Shown here in pieces: positions 10,901 to 24,417 of a stretch of DNA of 64,000 nt. The notes under the pieces were generated by a model, which was not told the origin of the DNA, made no database searches, and saw only the letters and a list, made by a program, of their open reading frames with translations. The DNA is from Azolla caroliniana (Eukaryota > Plantae > Polypodiophyta), in contig JBHGNT010000022.1 of assembly GCA_043228905.1 (NCBI GenBank), forward strand, positions 7,068,001 to 7,132,000, in the 5' to 3' direction. The position numbers were made by a program, and so were the translations under genes. Position 1 is the first letter of the stretch. Every line of letters starts with the position of its first letter.

Positions 10901-13169
10901 TTGAACTCTACAAACAGAAACTGCACAGAAAAGAAACACGATTGATATTTTACTCCAATATAATCAACAAGAAGAGGGTTCTACATACCCAGCTCATCAT
11001 CAAATGCCAGGCAATATGCCTTTAATTCCCTGTCAGTCTCCAAATTCATTCGCTGCCCGATGAGGAAAGCGGCCATCAATGCCGTAATCGGTTGGTTAAA
11101 AACAGTTTCATTATCACTGTCATCAGGAATGGGAAGAATATCTCTCAGCAATCCAGCCACCTCCTCAAAACCAAGATGACCACCATGAAGCACTTCCTTC
11201 AAAACCCCTACTAATCTCATCTCTGCAGGATCTCTACCAGTGAAGTTTGTGCCCCTTGAAGGAAGATCCATTAATGTACCCTCTGGATCTGCAATAAATA
11301 GGATTTCTGGAGGTAACACCTGAAGAAGAGAAGGCCAGAAGTGATACATGGCTTTCCGTTCACCATCGCTCCATTGTGTTTTTGAAGGAAATGAGTTTGC
11401 TCTTATAGTCATTGCAGCAAAAAAGGCACCTAGTTGTGCTTCAGAAACTTTATCTTCGCATTCTCCCTTTGCTGTCACAATTTCATATAAAAGCCAATAA
11501 ATCACAATTTCAAAGTCAGCCCCATTTCTCTCATACAGGAGAGGGGTTTTACCCTATTTCTACCAACCTGTAAAAATCAATAAATCTCAATCTCAATTTC
11601 CCTTGTATGAGGACTTTACAAAGTGATAAGCCGTATTTTTACAATCACGTAAAAACCAATAAAGCTCAACCTCTCAAATCCAATCCTCATATCTTAGACT
11701 CGTGATAGCCATTGAACACATGGCGTCCCATTGTTTTTCTTTGTAAAGGGTATTGTATTTACTGACAAATAGAATGAAGATACAAAAATTATGAACTCAA
11801 AAGTAATGAAACATTTTTACTATCCATCACCCCCTGTTCACGCATAGAACAAATGTGTATCTATCTACAAATATCTCAGTAAAGAAACTACAAAAATAAA
11901 AGTGGTGAATACAAAATATAAAATAGATTAATTTAGTAATCGAAGAACGAGAAATAAATGCTAAATTGTTTCTTTCAAGACAGGTTCAATCACAGAAACG
12001 CTCAATAACCTGTGATTTAGTACTTACTCGATTATTAGAAACAGAAACTATGGATTAGTACTAGGGTTAGATTGATCTCTCAACTTGTGCTCTTAACCAC
12101 CTCATTCAAGGTATGGACAAGTTATAGTATACTTGAGCCAAATTTATTCTCTTTATAAAAAATGTATGTATTAGATTATTCAATCTATACGAGCCATTAA
12201 CTCACCCGATACAAAATAATATGACCGAAGGCTTATTTAAATTTAGCCACGGTACTAGAGTTAGATAATTTGATCCACATGATCTGTGACAGATCTTGTT
12301 CAAAACAATATGATCTAATACTTATTCAATTACAAACAAAAAAATAATGGAGTTCATAGTAGAGTTAGATTATTAAATCTATATGATCTCTGAGCTATAA
12401 ATGACATTTACTATGCAAAAGTTAAGAAATATGTCAACTATTCCCTCTACTTTGTGCACTTAAATCGCCTGATTCAAAATCATGGAATCTTTCTACTACA
12501 CATTATTATAATTCAAAATTATAAATTCACACTACGGTTAGATTATTCACTCTCCCCTATGTTCTTTCATTTGCCTCATTAAAAACCCTGGAAAAGTTCT
12601 ACTATACAAGACTATAAACAAAATACTAGTTAGATTATTCCCTCAATATGAGCTTTTAGGTTAGATCGTTGAATTTGTCTAAACACTGCTTTGAATGAAT
12701 GATGGATTAGAATTAGATTTAGGATATGTCTCCTCATTTCAAAGTCATGGGTAATGTTACATACACGGCATGATACTTGTGTTTTGTTTAGAAACAAAAG
12801 AAATGGATGTTCTATAGTTAAATGAAACTTCTCCACTTTATGTTTCAAATCCTCACCCGATTGAACAATGGTTCGTAGGACTTCAAACGCTTTCTCTTCA
12901 TCAAGTGGCCTAGTCTGCGTGGGTCCAGTACAGACTCTTGCTTGAGCATCCAAAACGAGGGCGTTAGGTTTGCGTCTATTGCAATTACGCTGAGCTGAAG
13001 AGGAAGGCAGAGCTTTAGCGCTGATTTGGAGGCTAGAACAGGGGAGGTGGGTCGTCTTATTTGTGGAGAGGTGGAAGAGCCTACGACTGATGGAGTCAGC
13101 AAATCTTCTGTCTGAGAAGCTGCTGCTTGTTGCTGCTGCAGAGGATGGAGGAGGCAATGAAGCCATCAT
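7928..13169 (-). CDS. Anthranilate phosphoribosyltransferase-like protein (glycosyltransferase family 3 / TrpD-like), probably plastid-targeted; 10 exons
   Basis: GT-AG exons in phase: 13169-12857, 11471-10989, 10473-10316, 10210-10127, 10038-9986, 9856-9775, 9672-9565, 9367-9247, 8481-8396 and 8200-7928. Motifs AQLGAFFAAMTIR, AAFLIGQRMN, HYGEPYDGNTRFF, REHIKKRPPLATTEK, KGEEGALS and AYDRVVLNAA. Ser/Arg-rich N-terminus resembles a transit peptide. The exact 3' end of the last exon is less certain. Confidence 0.88.
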
Positions 13170-13308
13170 CCTTTCCTTTCCTCTCCTCTCCTCTCTTCTC
13201 CTCTCAACTGTTTGATGGGATGGGATGGGATATGTATGCTCTTCTTCTTCTCCAATTCTTCTGCCCAAAAGCCAAAAGAAAATAAAACACAACATTTCTA
13301 ATTGATTC

Positions 13309-13311
<3 letters not shown>

Positions 13312-13349
<38 letters not shown>
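13312..13349. repeat. (GT)n microsatellite upstream of the TrpD-like gene
   Basis: Perfect TG run of about 19 units. Confidence 0.9.
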
Positions 13350-13352
<3 letters not shown>

Positions 13353-15481
13353 TTACATACAGATACATACATACATACGATTAGGCACATGAATAATAAT
13401 CAATTACATATTGATATAGTACATATACATACGTTCACTAGCACCATAGTGGATCGCATCAATAAGCATATTAACACACGAATGCGAATGCGTAAAATAC
13501 TAGACTCCCCAGTTTTAAGTCGATGTTATTGCACTTACAACTTTCATTATGCGGACAAACAAATGTATATTACGATCTTCTTGTTAAAAACGGCACGCAG
13601 TTTAGCAGTAACGAAATACTTCACTAAAGAAATTCTAAATGGATCACAAGAAGACGCGAATTTCGGCATCGAGGCTCCTTGATTAGCATAGGAGGTCTCT
13701 CACTCCCTTTAGATGAACTAACTATACATAAGCAATATGAATGTTTGTAAGAGAGGAGGCACGATGTAAGTTCCCAAGAGAGGAGTCTAGGAGACACCCC
13801 CCCTCCCACGATTGGATTCCCTATGATTGGTTCTACTTGCTTATCATGTTGCTTAGCAAGAACCAACTATTACCACCAATCTCATTGTGTATATCGATCA
13901 TGACATGACATTGGTGTAAATCCACTACTTAATATAAATCCAGAATTAGGTTTTGTCCTTCATTAACGCATCTACTCAGTTATTGTGTTTGTCTCTTTCT
14001 CGATCCAACGTCACTCTTGGATAGAGAACTCATGCTTGTCTACGTTGTCATGAAGAATTCCTTCCACAAGCTTGGATCAATGCTTGTTTAGTCATGAACC
14101 TTGATGATTGTAACAAAGAACCCATGATCTATAATGGAAGGAAATCTTCAAATTTCCCAATTTGCATTGTGAAGATCGTCTTCCGCCATGGACAATTTGT
14201 GCTTGGATAGAACAATTGGGGTATTTTTAACAAGAGATAGGCTCACATGTGCCACTCAAGAGTTGGGATTTGGATTCATGAGCTTGAGTAGGGAGTTTGA
14301 TTCACATGTTCCACTTGAGACTTGAGCTTAGGAGTTAGACTTGAATGTTCAAGTTGGGAGCTTGATTCACTCCACTCATGAACTTGATCATGTGATTCCT
14401 TCAAAAAAACCAACCATGAATAATACCCAAACAAGTTTGCAAGTTTCCCCTCACATGATTTAACTTAACGCATAAAACATTTTGTACAAAAATGTCAAAT
14501 CAACCAACAATCTCTCCCAAACCGATGTGACATTGATTACAAATTAGCCAAGAGGATGAAGATTAAGATATCATTGATTATAAACCCTCGCAAATTACAA
14601 TAAGCTCGAAGAAACCATTAGAGTCTAACTAATTAATCAAGAAAAACATAAGGAATTATAGACCAAAGAAAGTAAAGTGTAGTACCAAACCACCCCCTTA
14701 TGATGGAAATTGGAATAAGATGAACCTGAACCTCCTCAATGTCCCATACCATCGAGGGTTGATGTGAGTCGTACCTTCCGTCCCACAAGGATCGCACGTT
14801 GTCGTGAAGGATTTCGGCAACAGCGAGAAAAACTGTTGGAAGTGGAGAAGTCGGACATGTGCACATGTAAAAAGGGAATTTGTATATAAACATTAGGAAA
14901 ACTAAAGATTGGTTAAAGAAGTACAGTAGGAATATTTTAATATGTACTTATTGTCCCACAAAAGGAGGGGGTTTGTGAGGGGAGGAGATAATGGGGAGGA
15001 TCACTGACAAGAAAACGGTTGTCATAACAACCAGATGTGATGTCAACCCTCCCTCTCCTTAAAAGCTATAAAAAGGAAGGGAAGGTGTTTGTTGTGGGGG
15101 GGGTGGTTGTTTTGGGAGTTAGAGAGAAGAGAAAAGTTTTGTTTTTCTGTTCAATGACATCCGTGTGAGGCCTCCACTCACAGTAGTGAGCCCATGTGCT
15201 CCCAACCATCGGCTCACTATCGCGTGCCTGTAGCGTCGATTTGTTTAACGACCTTGAGCTGTTTGTATCTATTATGCCCTCATTTAATCAGATTTTCTAT
15301 TACTTGTTTTGTACTTAGGTCGTGTGTGTTTTCTTCACCATGTGTTCCCGTTTATCTCTCTCTCTCTCTCTTTTTCTTTTTCTTTCCGTAAATAATGGCT
15401 TTCATTACAAAAGAAAAAAACACCACCATGACTAACTTACCACAAAGTATAGAACCCTTCTATCAAGGGATCTAAAGAATA

Positions 15482-18400
15482 CTATGACACCAAACTCAAT
15501 GCCACCCTACACACCAATTCAAATGGCGAGTATGATGATATGTGACCTTGCAGAGTTCTCTCTCTTCCTGGTTGAGATTTAGTGACTTCTCTAGCACTGT
15601 CAATTGCCACAAAAGAAGTCCTTTTAACTTTAGAACATATTTTCTCACCCCAACTTGCGAATAAAAAATGAAGACATTCCGCATATTCCAATTTGAACCA
15701 TAGCTCCCAATATCTCGAGAACTCAAAAATAATTTGAAAATGAGGCATCGGTTCATTCTTCTCCATATGTGCAAAAACCCAACTGAAGGAAGATAGACTT
15801 ACTCCTATTAGAGACATCCACACTAAATTGATACACCTCCAAACCATCCTTGCCATCGGGCATGAAATAAATCGATGCCTACTATGTTCCAATTCCACCG
15901 AGCAAAAGAAACACAATCATTTAGTAATGTTTCTTTTTTTTAATGCATCCCCTAATGGTAAAGCTCAACCCTACCTTGATCACATTATAACGGGCTTATG
16001 AAAATCCCATATCTTTATAACCCTTTCTTCCAACCACTTATGTTTGTCAATCAACTTGTGATAAGCAACATTCGTTGAGATCATAGTCAATCTCTTATTT
16101 CCAACAAACCTCCAATCAAGCTCTTGAGATCGCCCATCTAAATCAAGAATTGGCTCATGTGAAGATAGTATTTGTTGCAACTTATCCCAAATAAAGTTAT
16201 AACATTTTGGAATACGAAATGTTGATCTTATTGTTCGAAAAGCTATTAATCTTCTTTGTGAAACCAACATTGCATTCTTAACTGTTACCAAACCCAATCT
16301 AGCCATCCAATTAAATTGAAGGTTAAGAATTTGTTTACCTTCCCACCTCAACAACCTTGATGTTGCCAAAACCTCCATTTGTAATTAATTGGCACATCCC
16401 CTTTATTGTGGGGGATGCCATTCCACAAAATCCAACATACTTTGCCAAGATGTCAACAAATGATTGATTATCATAGACCTTGTGCATTTGACATCCCTGT
16501 CAGAATTAATTACATTCCACCAATTCGCTTCAACCTTCACGTTTCCAAGTTTTATTCTGTTCTTCTCTATAAAGTATGCCACCATTTCTGTCCAAGGTTG
16601 TACACCTTCAAACATGAATCGAATGAAAGTAAATCGACAAGCTACCATATGCTCATATAGATTCAATATTGATGCCCCACCAAGACGCTTCGGAGTACAA
16701 ACATGATCCCATGTCAACCATGACAAGGCACTTTTCCCTTTTCTTTTCCATTACAACATTCGCATGGAGTGTGACAACATTTCAAGAGCTTTCTTTGACC
16801 ATGGGAGCAAAGGAAGATAATAAGATACCATAGAGACCATAATCGATTGGACCACCTTAAGTCGTACATGAAAATTCCAAAATTGAGACCTCCAATACAT
16901 AAACTTATCCTCCAACCTTTTGGATACCCACTCAATAAGTTTCACATGAGAAACTTCCACCTCAATTGGATATCCAAGATGACGACAAATCATACCACGA
17001 TGTACTATCCTTCCTAACCACCCCAACCCTAACACATCTTGTTCTGTACATGAAATGAGGACAGATTTATGTATATTAATTCTCAACCCTGAAGCATTTG
17101 AAAACAATTCCCACACATCTCTTGTCTTACTAATATTTCCCCGATTAGGTGCCAAAAACATAATATGGTCATCTGCAAGAGCTTGAACAATACATGGCTT
17201 CCCTGATGGAAACCTTAGTCCAAGCAATTCTTCCTCCATAGCCATATTGTGTAACTTAACAAGAATAGGATGTGTCACAATAGTGAATAGTAAAGGACTT
17301 ATCGGGCATCCTTGTCTAACTGACCTCTGAATAGAAATCGGTTGTGTTACTCCTTCATTAAACATCACATGTGAAACCGAACCCTCCCCTAATGTGTATA
17401 TCAACTTAGACATACGATCACCAATTCTTGTTTCGACTCCTTTGCATAGTCAATTGCCATTTGAACATTTAAAATATTATGTAAAATGTCTCTCTTTGCT
17501 AAAACCCCATATTGAGCATTATGAATAATAGAAGGTAAAACCTTATGCAACCTATTGGCCATCACTTTTGCAAAAATCTTACAACATTCCCCCCATCAAT
17601 GAAATAGGACTCCATTGAGCAAAGGAAGATGGAGAAGGCACATTTGGTAAAAGCTTGATCAAACCAATATTCCAAGAATGAGGCATTTCCCCTGATGTCC
17701 ACACCTTCTGAAATAAAACCGTAAAAGGCCCCTTTAAATTAATCACATATTTCTTAAAGAGTTAATGTGTTAATCCATCCCACCCAGGACTCTTATCATT
17801 AGCAAGATGTGACATGACATGTTCCACCTCATCCTTTGAAATATTAGCATCTAATGATTGTGCCACATCATGCGATACATGATTTTTCACTCCATTAAAA
17901 AATACATCTCTATCCTTTTTAACATTATCATCGATACACACTTGTACATCCAACAATTGTGTATGATATTCTATGCATTTCTTCACAATTTCTTGAGGAT
18001 CGGAACACATGATACCATTTTCCTCTAACCTTGCCACATTATGTCGTGCATGTGATTCATGAAGGTCATGAAAAAACTTATGTGATTGACAATTAGCATC
18101 ATCCACTTCTTGTCTTAGACGATGTAGTCTAGCATGTTGATAATTTTTTGCCGTTAGGTCATGCATCACAGAATTTAATACCTCGTGATATCCCATCAAC
18201 TCTAAATCCGTTGGCCAATAAATTAACAATGAGTTGCATTTATCAAGCAAATTAACTAGGAGACTTAATTTCTTTCTCCTTTTAAAAGCATGGTGAATTC
18301 CATAATATCTAGTTAACCTCTGAACATTTGCAACAAATACTTCCCACGCTTCATGCCCATCAAATTGAACACGATAGGCAAATGCGTCAATCAATTGACA

Positions 18401-19201
18401 CATATAGGCATGGAAGACCTCATGATCCAAAAATGATGAATTAAAAATCAACGGTGGTTTTCCTAAAAACTCATGAAAACCTCTAATTGAGTGGTGATTG
18501 AACTCAAAAATTAATGGGAAATGATCTGATATAATTGACCCATAAGACACTGAAATATCCAAAATCTCTGGTAAAAAACCTTCGGTATGCATTACATACA
18601 TTCGATCCAACCTACTCCAAGTATCCTTATATTGAGCCGATTGAAAGGTATAACCAGGTTCATCTCCCTTGATCCATTTCCATACATCCCTTAACATGAC
18701 TTCAGTCTCAAAATCTTCCCATTCTTGAGCCTCTGGTCCACCCATAATAGAGTGGATAGATGTTGATTGATCTGTCTCACAACAAACATTAAAATCTCCC
18801 ATCAATAAACCCGGTCTACCATTATCAAGCACTGAGTTTAGAGATCTCCATAACAACTTTCGTTCTTGTGAAAAATTTAATGCATATACACCAACTAACC
18901 AAAGAGCTTGCCCTTCATAACATATCTCTACCACAATAAATCTCCCAAATTCATCTGAAACAATTACTTTTGGGTGAAATTTATCTCTTATAAACATGAC
19001 AATCCCAGAATAATCCCCATGAACCTTGCCATCATAACATAATGTATAACCCTTAGAATAACTAATTAAACCAACTTTACGATGATCTTTATGCTCTACT
19101 GCACATAAAACATCCCATTGCTCACTTAACACAATCCTCCAAACCTCATGCATTCTAAATATAGAACACAATCCCCTCACATTCCATGCGGTGATCTTCA
19201 T
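15482..19201 (-). pseudogene. LINE ORF2 (AP endonuclease, RT, zf-RVT) pseudogene
   Basis: Motifs MKITAWNVRG, MGDFN, SRLDR, SDHFP, KSPGWDG, RQGCPISP, LADDH and CFFCSVELEHSRHRFISCP, spread over several frameshifted ORFs. Confidence 0.9.
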
Positions 19202-19807
19202 ACTTTATTTTTTCCTTTTATTCGAGAAATCTCCTTCTCCTTCACTGCTAATGTTTCTACCATATCTTGAAATAAATCCCCTAAGATTGCATTTTAGAGA
19301 CATAGACCAATGTAAGCATTAGATAAGGATGGAATATAGATGAATAGATAGATCTAGATAGAGAGGAGAGAGAGAAAGAAGGGTGTCGATCCACCTGACC
19401 ACCCTCGAGCGAAGGGATCGAGACGGACTCGAGCCTCGATCGGCGTCCCATACCACAGCCTTGGCGTCGAGTCGTACCTGGTGCTAGCGCGCTCACTACA
19501 AGAGTCGAACCACTCACGAACAACGTTTCGACGTAGTCAATAGATGATGAAATGAGGGTAGCTAGGCCTCTTATTTATAGCGATACCCAAGGCCCCCAAC
19601 CATGTTCACACTTGGCCTAATGGGTTGTCTCAATCCCGAGGATTAAAAGTAATCCTCCCCTTCTTTACACTCTTGTTTAACCCTCACACTTATCCACGTG
19701 TATAGAATACTACGGTAAATTCTGACCACGGGATATTATATGGTCATGCCCGTAACATACTCCCCCTCTTTAAAACATTGCACTCTTGCAATGGAAAGTT
19801 AGGGAAG

Positions 19808-22800
19808 TGTCATAATATGGCAAGACTCGAACCCATAACCTTATACTACATGGGTCAAGCTCTTACCATTAAACTATGTATTGTAATACGAAAGATATTA
19901 TTTTCATTTAAGTTTTATTATAAGAAATTGATGTATATTCTAGAGTTCTCTGGAAAATTCTAGAAACTTCAGGGGTACTCCTGACAACACTATAAAAGGA
20001 GGCACAAGGCATTATTTCAAACCAAATCGGTTCAATGCCGGTCTTAAGCCTCCTGGCTACTACTGTACATTCTCCTCACATAATATATATCTTTTCTTAT
20101 CATCACTCTCTCTCTCTCTCTCTCTCCCCCTCTCACTCACTCTTTCTTTCTCTCGAGAGTTCTTCACCTCTCTTAGTACTAATACTTCTTTTAGTACTAA
20201 TTCCTTCTCTGTCTTAGTATTGTTCCTGATAGTTTGAACCGATTTTAGGGTCGTTCTTCCTTTCCTCTTCTTCCTTTTATCTTCTTATTAATCCTCTTAT
20301 CCTCCCTAGTAAAATGGAAACTGTTAGCGCTCAGGAATACCAATCTGTTTTCTCAAAGCTCCAGTGCTTAAAAGAGAAATTTGTAGCGCTAGAACAAGAA
20401 AATCATCGTTTGTTGGGGGATCTTCAACAAATAACGCTGGAAAAACAACAACATGGGGAGCTGACGTTACGTGTACAACAACTCGAAGCGACTATCATAT
20501 CATTACAACAACAAGGATCAAGCACTCAAGGGATTCACAAAGAACCCAAGATCGGTCTTCCTGCAAAATTTGATGGGACCCGATCACAGTTTAGAGGGTT
20601 TTTGAATCAAGCACGTTTAGTGATACAAATGCATCCTTCTCGATATCCCACCGATGCATCACAAGTGGGACTAGTAGGCACTCTCTTTAGTGGCTCAGCG
20701 TTAGCATGGTTTGCTCCATTGTTGGAAAAGGAATCTCCATTACTAAACAATTTTGAAGAATTTATAAGTGAGTTTAAAGCCTGTTTTGGAGATATTGACA
20801 GCATAAGGACTGGAATCAATAAAATCCGGCGATTACGCCAAGGTGATCGTCCAACCTTCGCATACATTGCAGATTTCCACCTACTCGCTGTCGATATCCC
20901 TTGGGATGATCATGCATTGATGGAGCAATTTCGTTATGGCTTACACAACGATGTCAAGGATTTACTCTTGACCTTCCCCGAAGAGCCAAAGTCATTAACA
21001 GAAGTAATCAGTCGCGCGGTGACATGCGACAACCGCCTCTTCGAAAGACGTTCAGAACGACAATTCCAGATTCCGAGGGCAAGATCAGAGCCTACCTAAG
21101 CCTCAGTGGTAGCGAAACCTTTTCCGAAGGAGTCATATAATGTGAGTTCTGATTGTACTAAACCCGAGTCTATTTCAGTAGGGATATCTGATAGTCCTAA
21201 TAGTACTAATAGCCCAAATCTAGCGAACAAATTTGATGTCCTTAGTCAGTTAGAAGAAGAGTTAAACGACTAAGTCCAACCAAAATAGGAACCGTTTGGT
21301 TGGACAGCCCTAGATCTGTGCAGCCCATTAGTGGTTCCATTCCCTCTAAGCAAGTTAGCAATGTGTTTGTAGCCCAAGTAATAGTTAGTACTAAAAGTAC
21401 TCCTCCAGTACATGTCTTAGCACTTCTAGATTCCGGAGCTAATTCTTGCTTCATGGATAGGAAATTTGCCCAAGCTCATAAGATATCTCTCAGAAAACGC
21501 TCGTGTCCTGCCTTTGTAGTAGTCATTGATGGTCGTCCCATTGCTTCCGGAAATATCATAGAAGAATTAGAGCTCGTTAATATTGTCCTAGATAATCTAG
21601 CATGTGTCGTATCATTTAATATAATTAGCATCCCAGAACACCCCATTGTCTTAGGATTACCATGGTTCGAATTACATAACCCAGACATAGATTGGCGGAC
21701 AAGAGAAATCCGGCATCAAAAAGCTCGAGGGTCTACTCATGAGATTGCAACGATTTCACTACATTAGTTGCGTGAGGAAGGATGCAAGGAAGAAATGTTC
21801 CTCTTCGCAATATCAGTAAAACCCTCCAGCACCACTAAAGAGGAATCCATCGTTCAACTTCCAGAGAAGTATCGTCATTATGCCGATGTGTTTGATAAAG
21901 TACAAGCCAATACGCTTCCTCACCATCGACCATATGATTGCCCCATCGATTTACAATCGGGGAAAGAGCCACCATGGGGATTGATCTATAATCTGTCACC
22001 AACTGAACTGGAAGTCCTTCGAGCCTATATAGAGGAGAATTTGGAGAATGGTTTCATACGACATTCGAAATCTCCAGCCGGCGCACCCATTTTTTTCATC
22101 AAGAAAAAGGATGGCTCACTTCGTCTCGTTGTAGATTACCATGGCCTGAATAAGGTTACAATCCGAAACAGGTATGCACTTCCCCTTATCTCAAGTCTTT
22201 TAGAACGGATCAATGGTGCCAGGTTCTTCACGAAGATCGACTTACGGGGAGCCTATAACCTCGTACGGATCCGACCAGGAGATAAATGAAAGACCGTGTT
22301 CCGCCTATTTTCAGGACGCTCGTGTGTTAAATCGACGTCAAGCTCGGTGGGCCCATTTTCTCACACGTTTCGACTTCAAGATTACATATCGACCTGGGAA
22401 GCATCAAGGGAAAGCAGATGCATTATCACGGCGTTCATACCTAGCACCGCGTCCCGACAAGCCAGCTTTCAATAACCAAAACCAAGTAATCTTGGGACCG
22501 GCACAATTGCAAGCAACACAGGTCTTTGGCATGCCCATGGATTCCCACGTTATCAATATCATACGTGCGAACCTGAAGACAGATGCTTTCACCCAAGCTA
22601 TACTAGCACAAATTGATCCCTCTCGAGCGTCGTGTTCACAATCGCAACTACCAGGTACGGACTATCGGCAATTCAAATACCATGATGGATTACTCTTCTT
22701 TAAAGAAATTTTGTATGTTCCTAATGGTTCTTGCCTCCTTCGAATAGTACAAAACTGTCATGACACATATACAACTGGGCATTTTGGTAGTACTAAAACA

Positions 22801-24358
22801 TTAGATTTAGTACAACGATCATTCTGGTGGCCCCGAATGCGACAATTTGTCGAAGATTTTGTTCGGACTTGTGATACATGCTACAGAGCGAAAATGCCAA
22901 GGCATCATCCATATGGTTTATTAGAACCATTACCAATTCTAAGCAAGCCGTGGCAATCCATTGCTCTAGACTTCATCACAGATCTTCGAGTCTCTAAGCG
23001 GTTCAATGCGATTCTAACAATGGTAGATTGATATACGAAGATGGCTCATTTCTTGCCATGTACTAAGGAAATCTCCAATGAAGACACCGCCGAAATTGTC
23101 ATGCATGAAGTATGTTGGCATCATGGACTTCCCGATAGTATCATCAGCGACCGTGGACCTCAGTTCGTGTCAAAATTTTGGAAGCACCTTTTTAAAATGC
23201 TCAAGGTCACTTGTAACCTCTCCTCCGGCTACCACCCACAAACCGACGGCCAAACTGAACGAACAAATCAAACGTTGGAGTAGTATTGGCGGTGCTTTCT
23301 TAGTTATCATCAGGATAACTGGGCAAATATTCTCCACTTCACCGAATTTGCCTATAATAACTCTATCCATGCATCGACTAAAGTTACGCCATTTTATGCT
23401 TATACGGGATGTCACCCCCAGTGGTGTGTACTTGAAACCCCAGAGGTATCCACAAATCCTTGCGCGGCGGATCGTTTGGAGCGGTTACGCAAGATTCAAG
23501 CGGATTTATCTACTCATCTCCCGCAAGCTCAACAAACACACAAGGTCTACACAGATCGTCATCGACTTCCATCCAGTTTTAACATTGGAGATCGGGTGTG
23601 GCTGCTACAACGACACATCAAGACTACTCGCCCATGTGAGAAGCTGGATTATCGACGATTAGGTCCTTTCCGTATTATCGAAAAGATTAATGATGTCGCT
23701 TTTCATCTCGATCTACCTCCACAACTTCGGATACATCCGGTGTTTCATAGTTCTCTCCTCGAACCCTATCACGAGAGCACCATCCCAGGATGTATTATAC
23801 AACCTCCACCCCCGATCGAGCTTGAAGATAGACCGGAGTACGAGGTTGTCGCCATCCTTGATTCCAAGATTGTTCGCAACAAGCTCTACTATCTAGTCGA
23901 TTGGCTAGGATATAGTCCCAACAAACGTACTTGGGAACCGATCGAGAATTTAACCAATGCTCGTGCTCTTCTTGAAGACTTCCATTGTCAATATCCACAC
24001 AAACCGGGTCCTCAATCCAAAACGACTCGTGACACTCGTCATTTTAAAGGGGGGATAGTGTCATGATATGGCAAGACTCGAACCCATAACCTTATACTAC
24101 ATGGGTCGAGCTCTTACCATTAGACTATGTATTGTAATACGAAAGATATCATTTTCATTTAAGTTTTATTATAGGAAATTGATGTATATTCTAGAGTTCT
24201 CTGGAACATTCTAGAAACTTCAGGAGTACTCCTGACAACACTATAAAAGGAGGCACAAGGCATTATTTCGAACCAAATCGGTTCAACGCCGGTCTTAAGC
24301 CTCTTAGCTACTATTGTACATTCTCCTCACATAATATATATATATATATATATATTCT

Positions 24359-24417
<59 letters not shown>

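Noticed and set aside
13690-14450. Possible decayed element with short CACATG..CCACT..AGAGTTG repeats
   Set aside because: No termini, TSD or protein motif could be established.
19281-19523. Duplicated small ORF MFVSGSTLV... (also at 30497-30787)
   Set aside because: These are simply the two LTR copies; there is no evidence of coding function.
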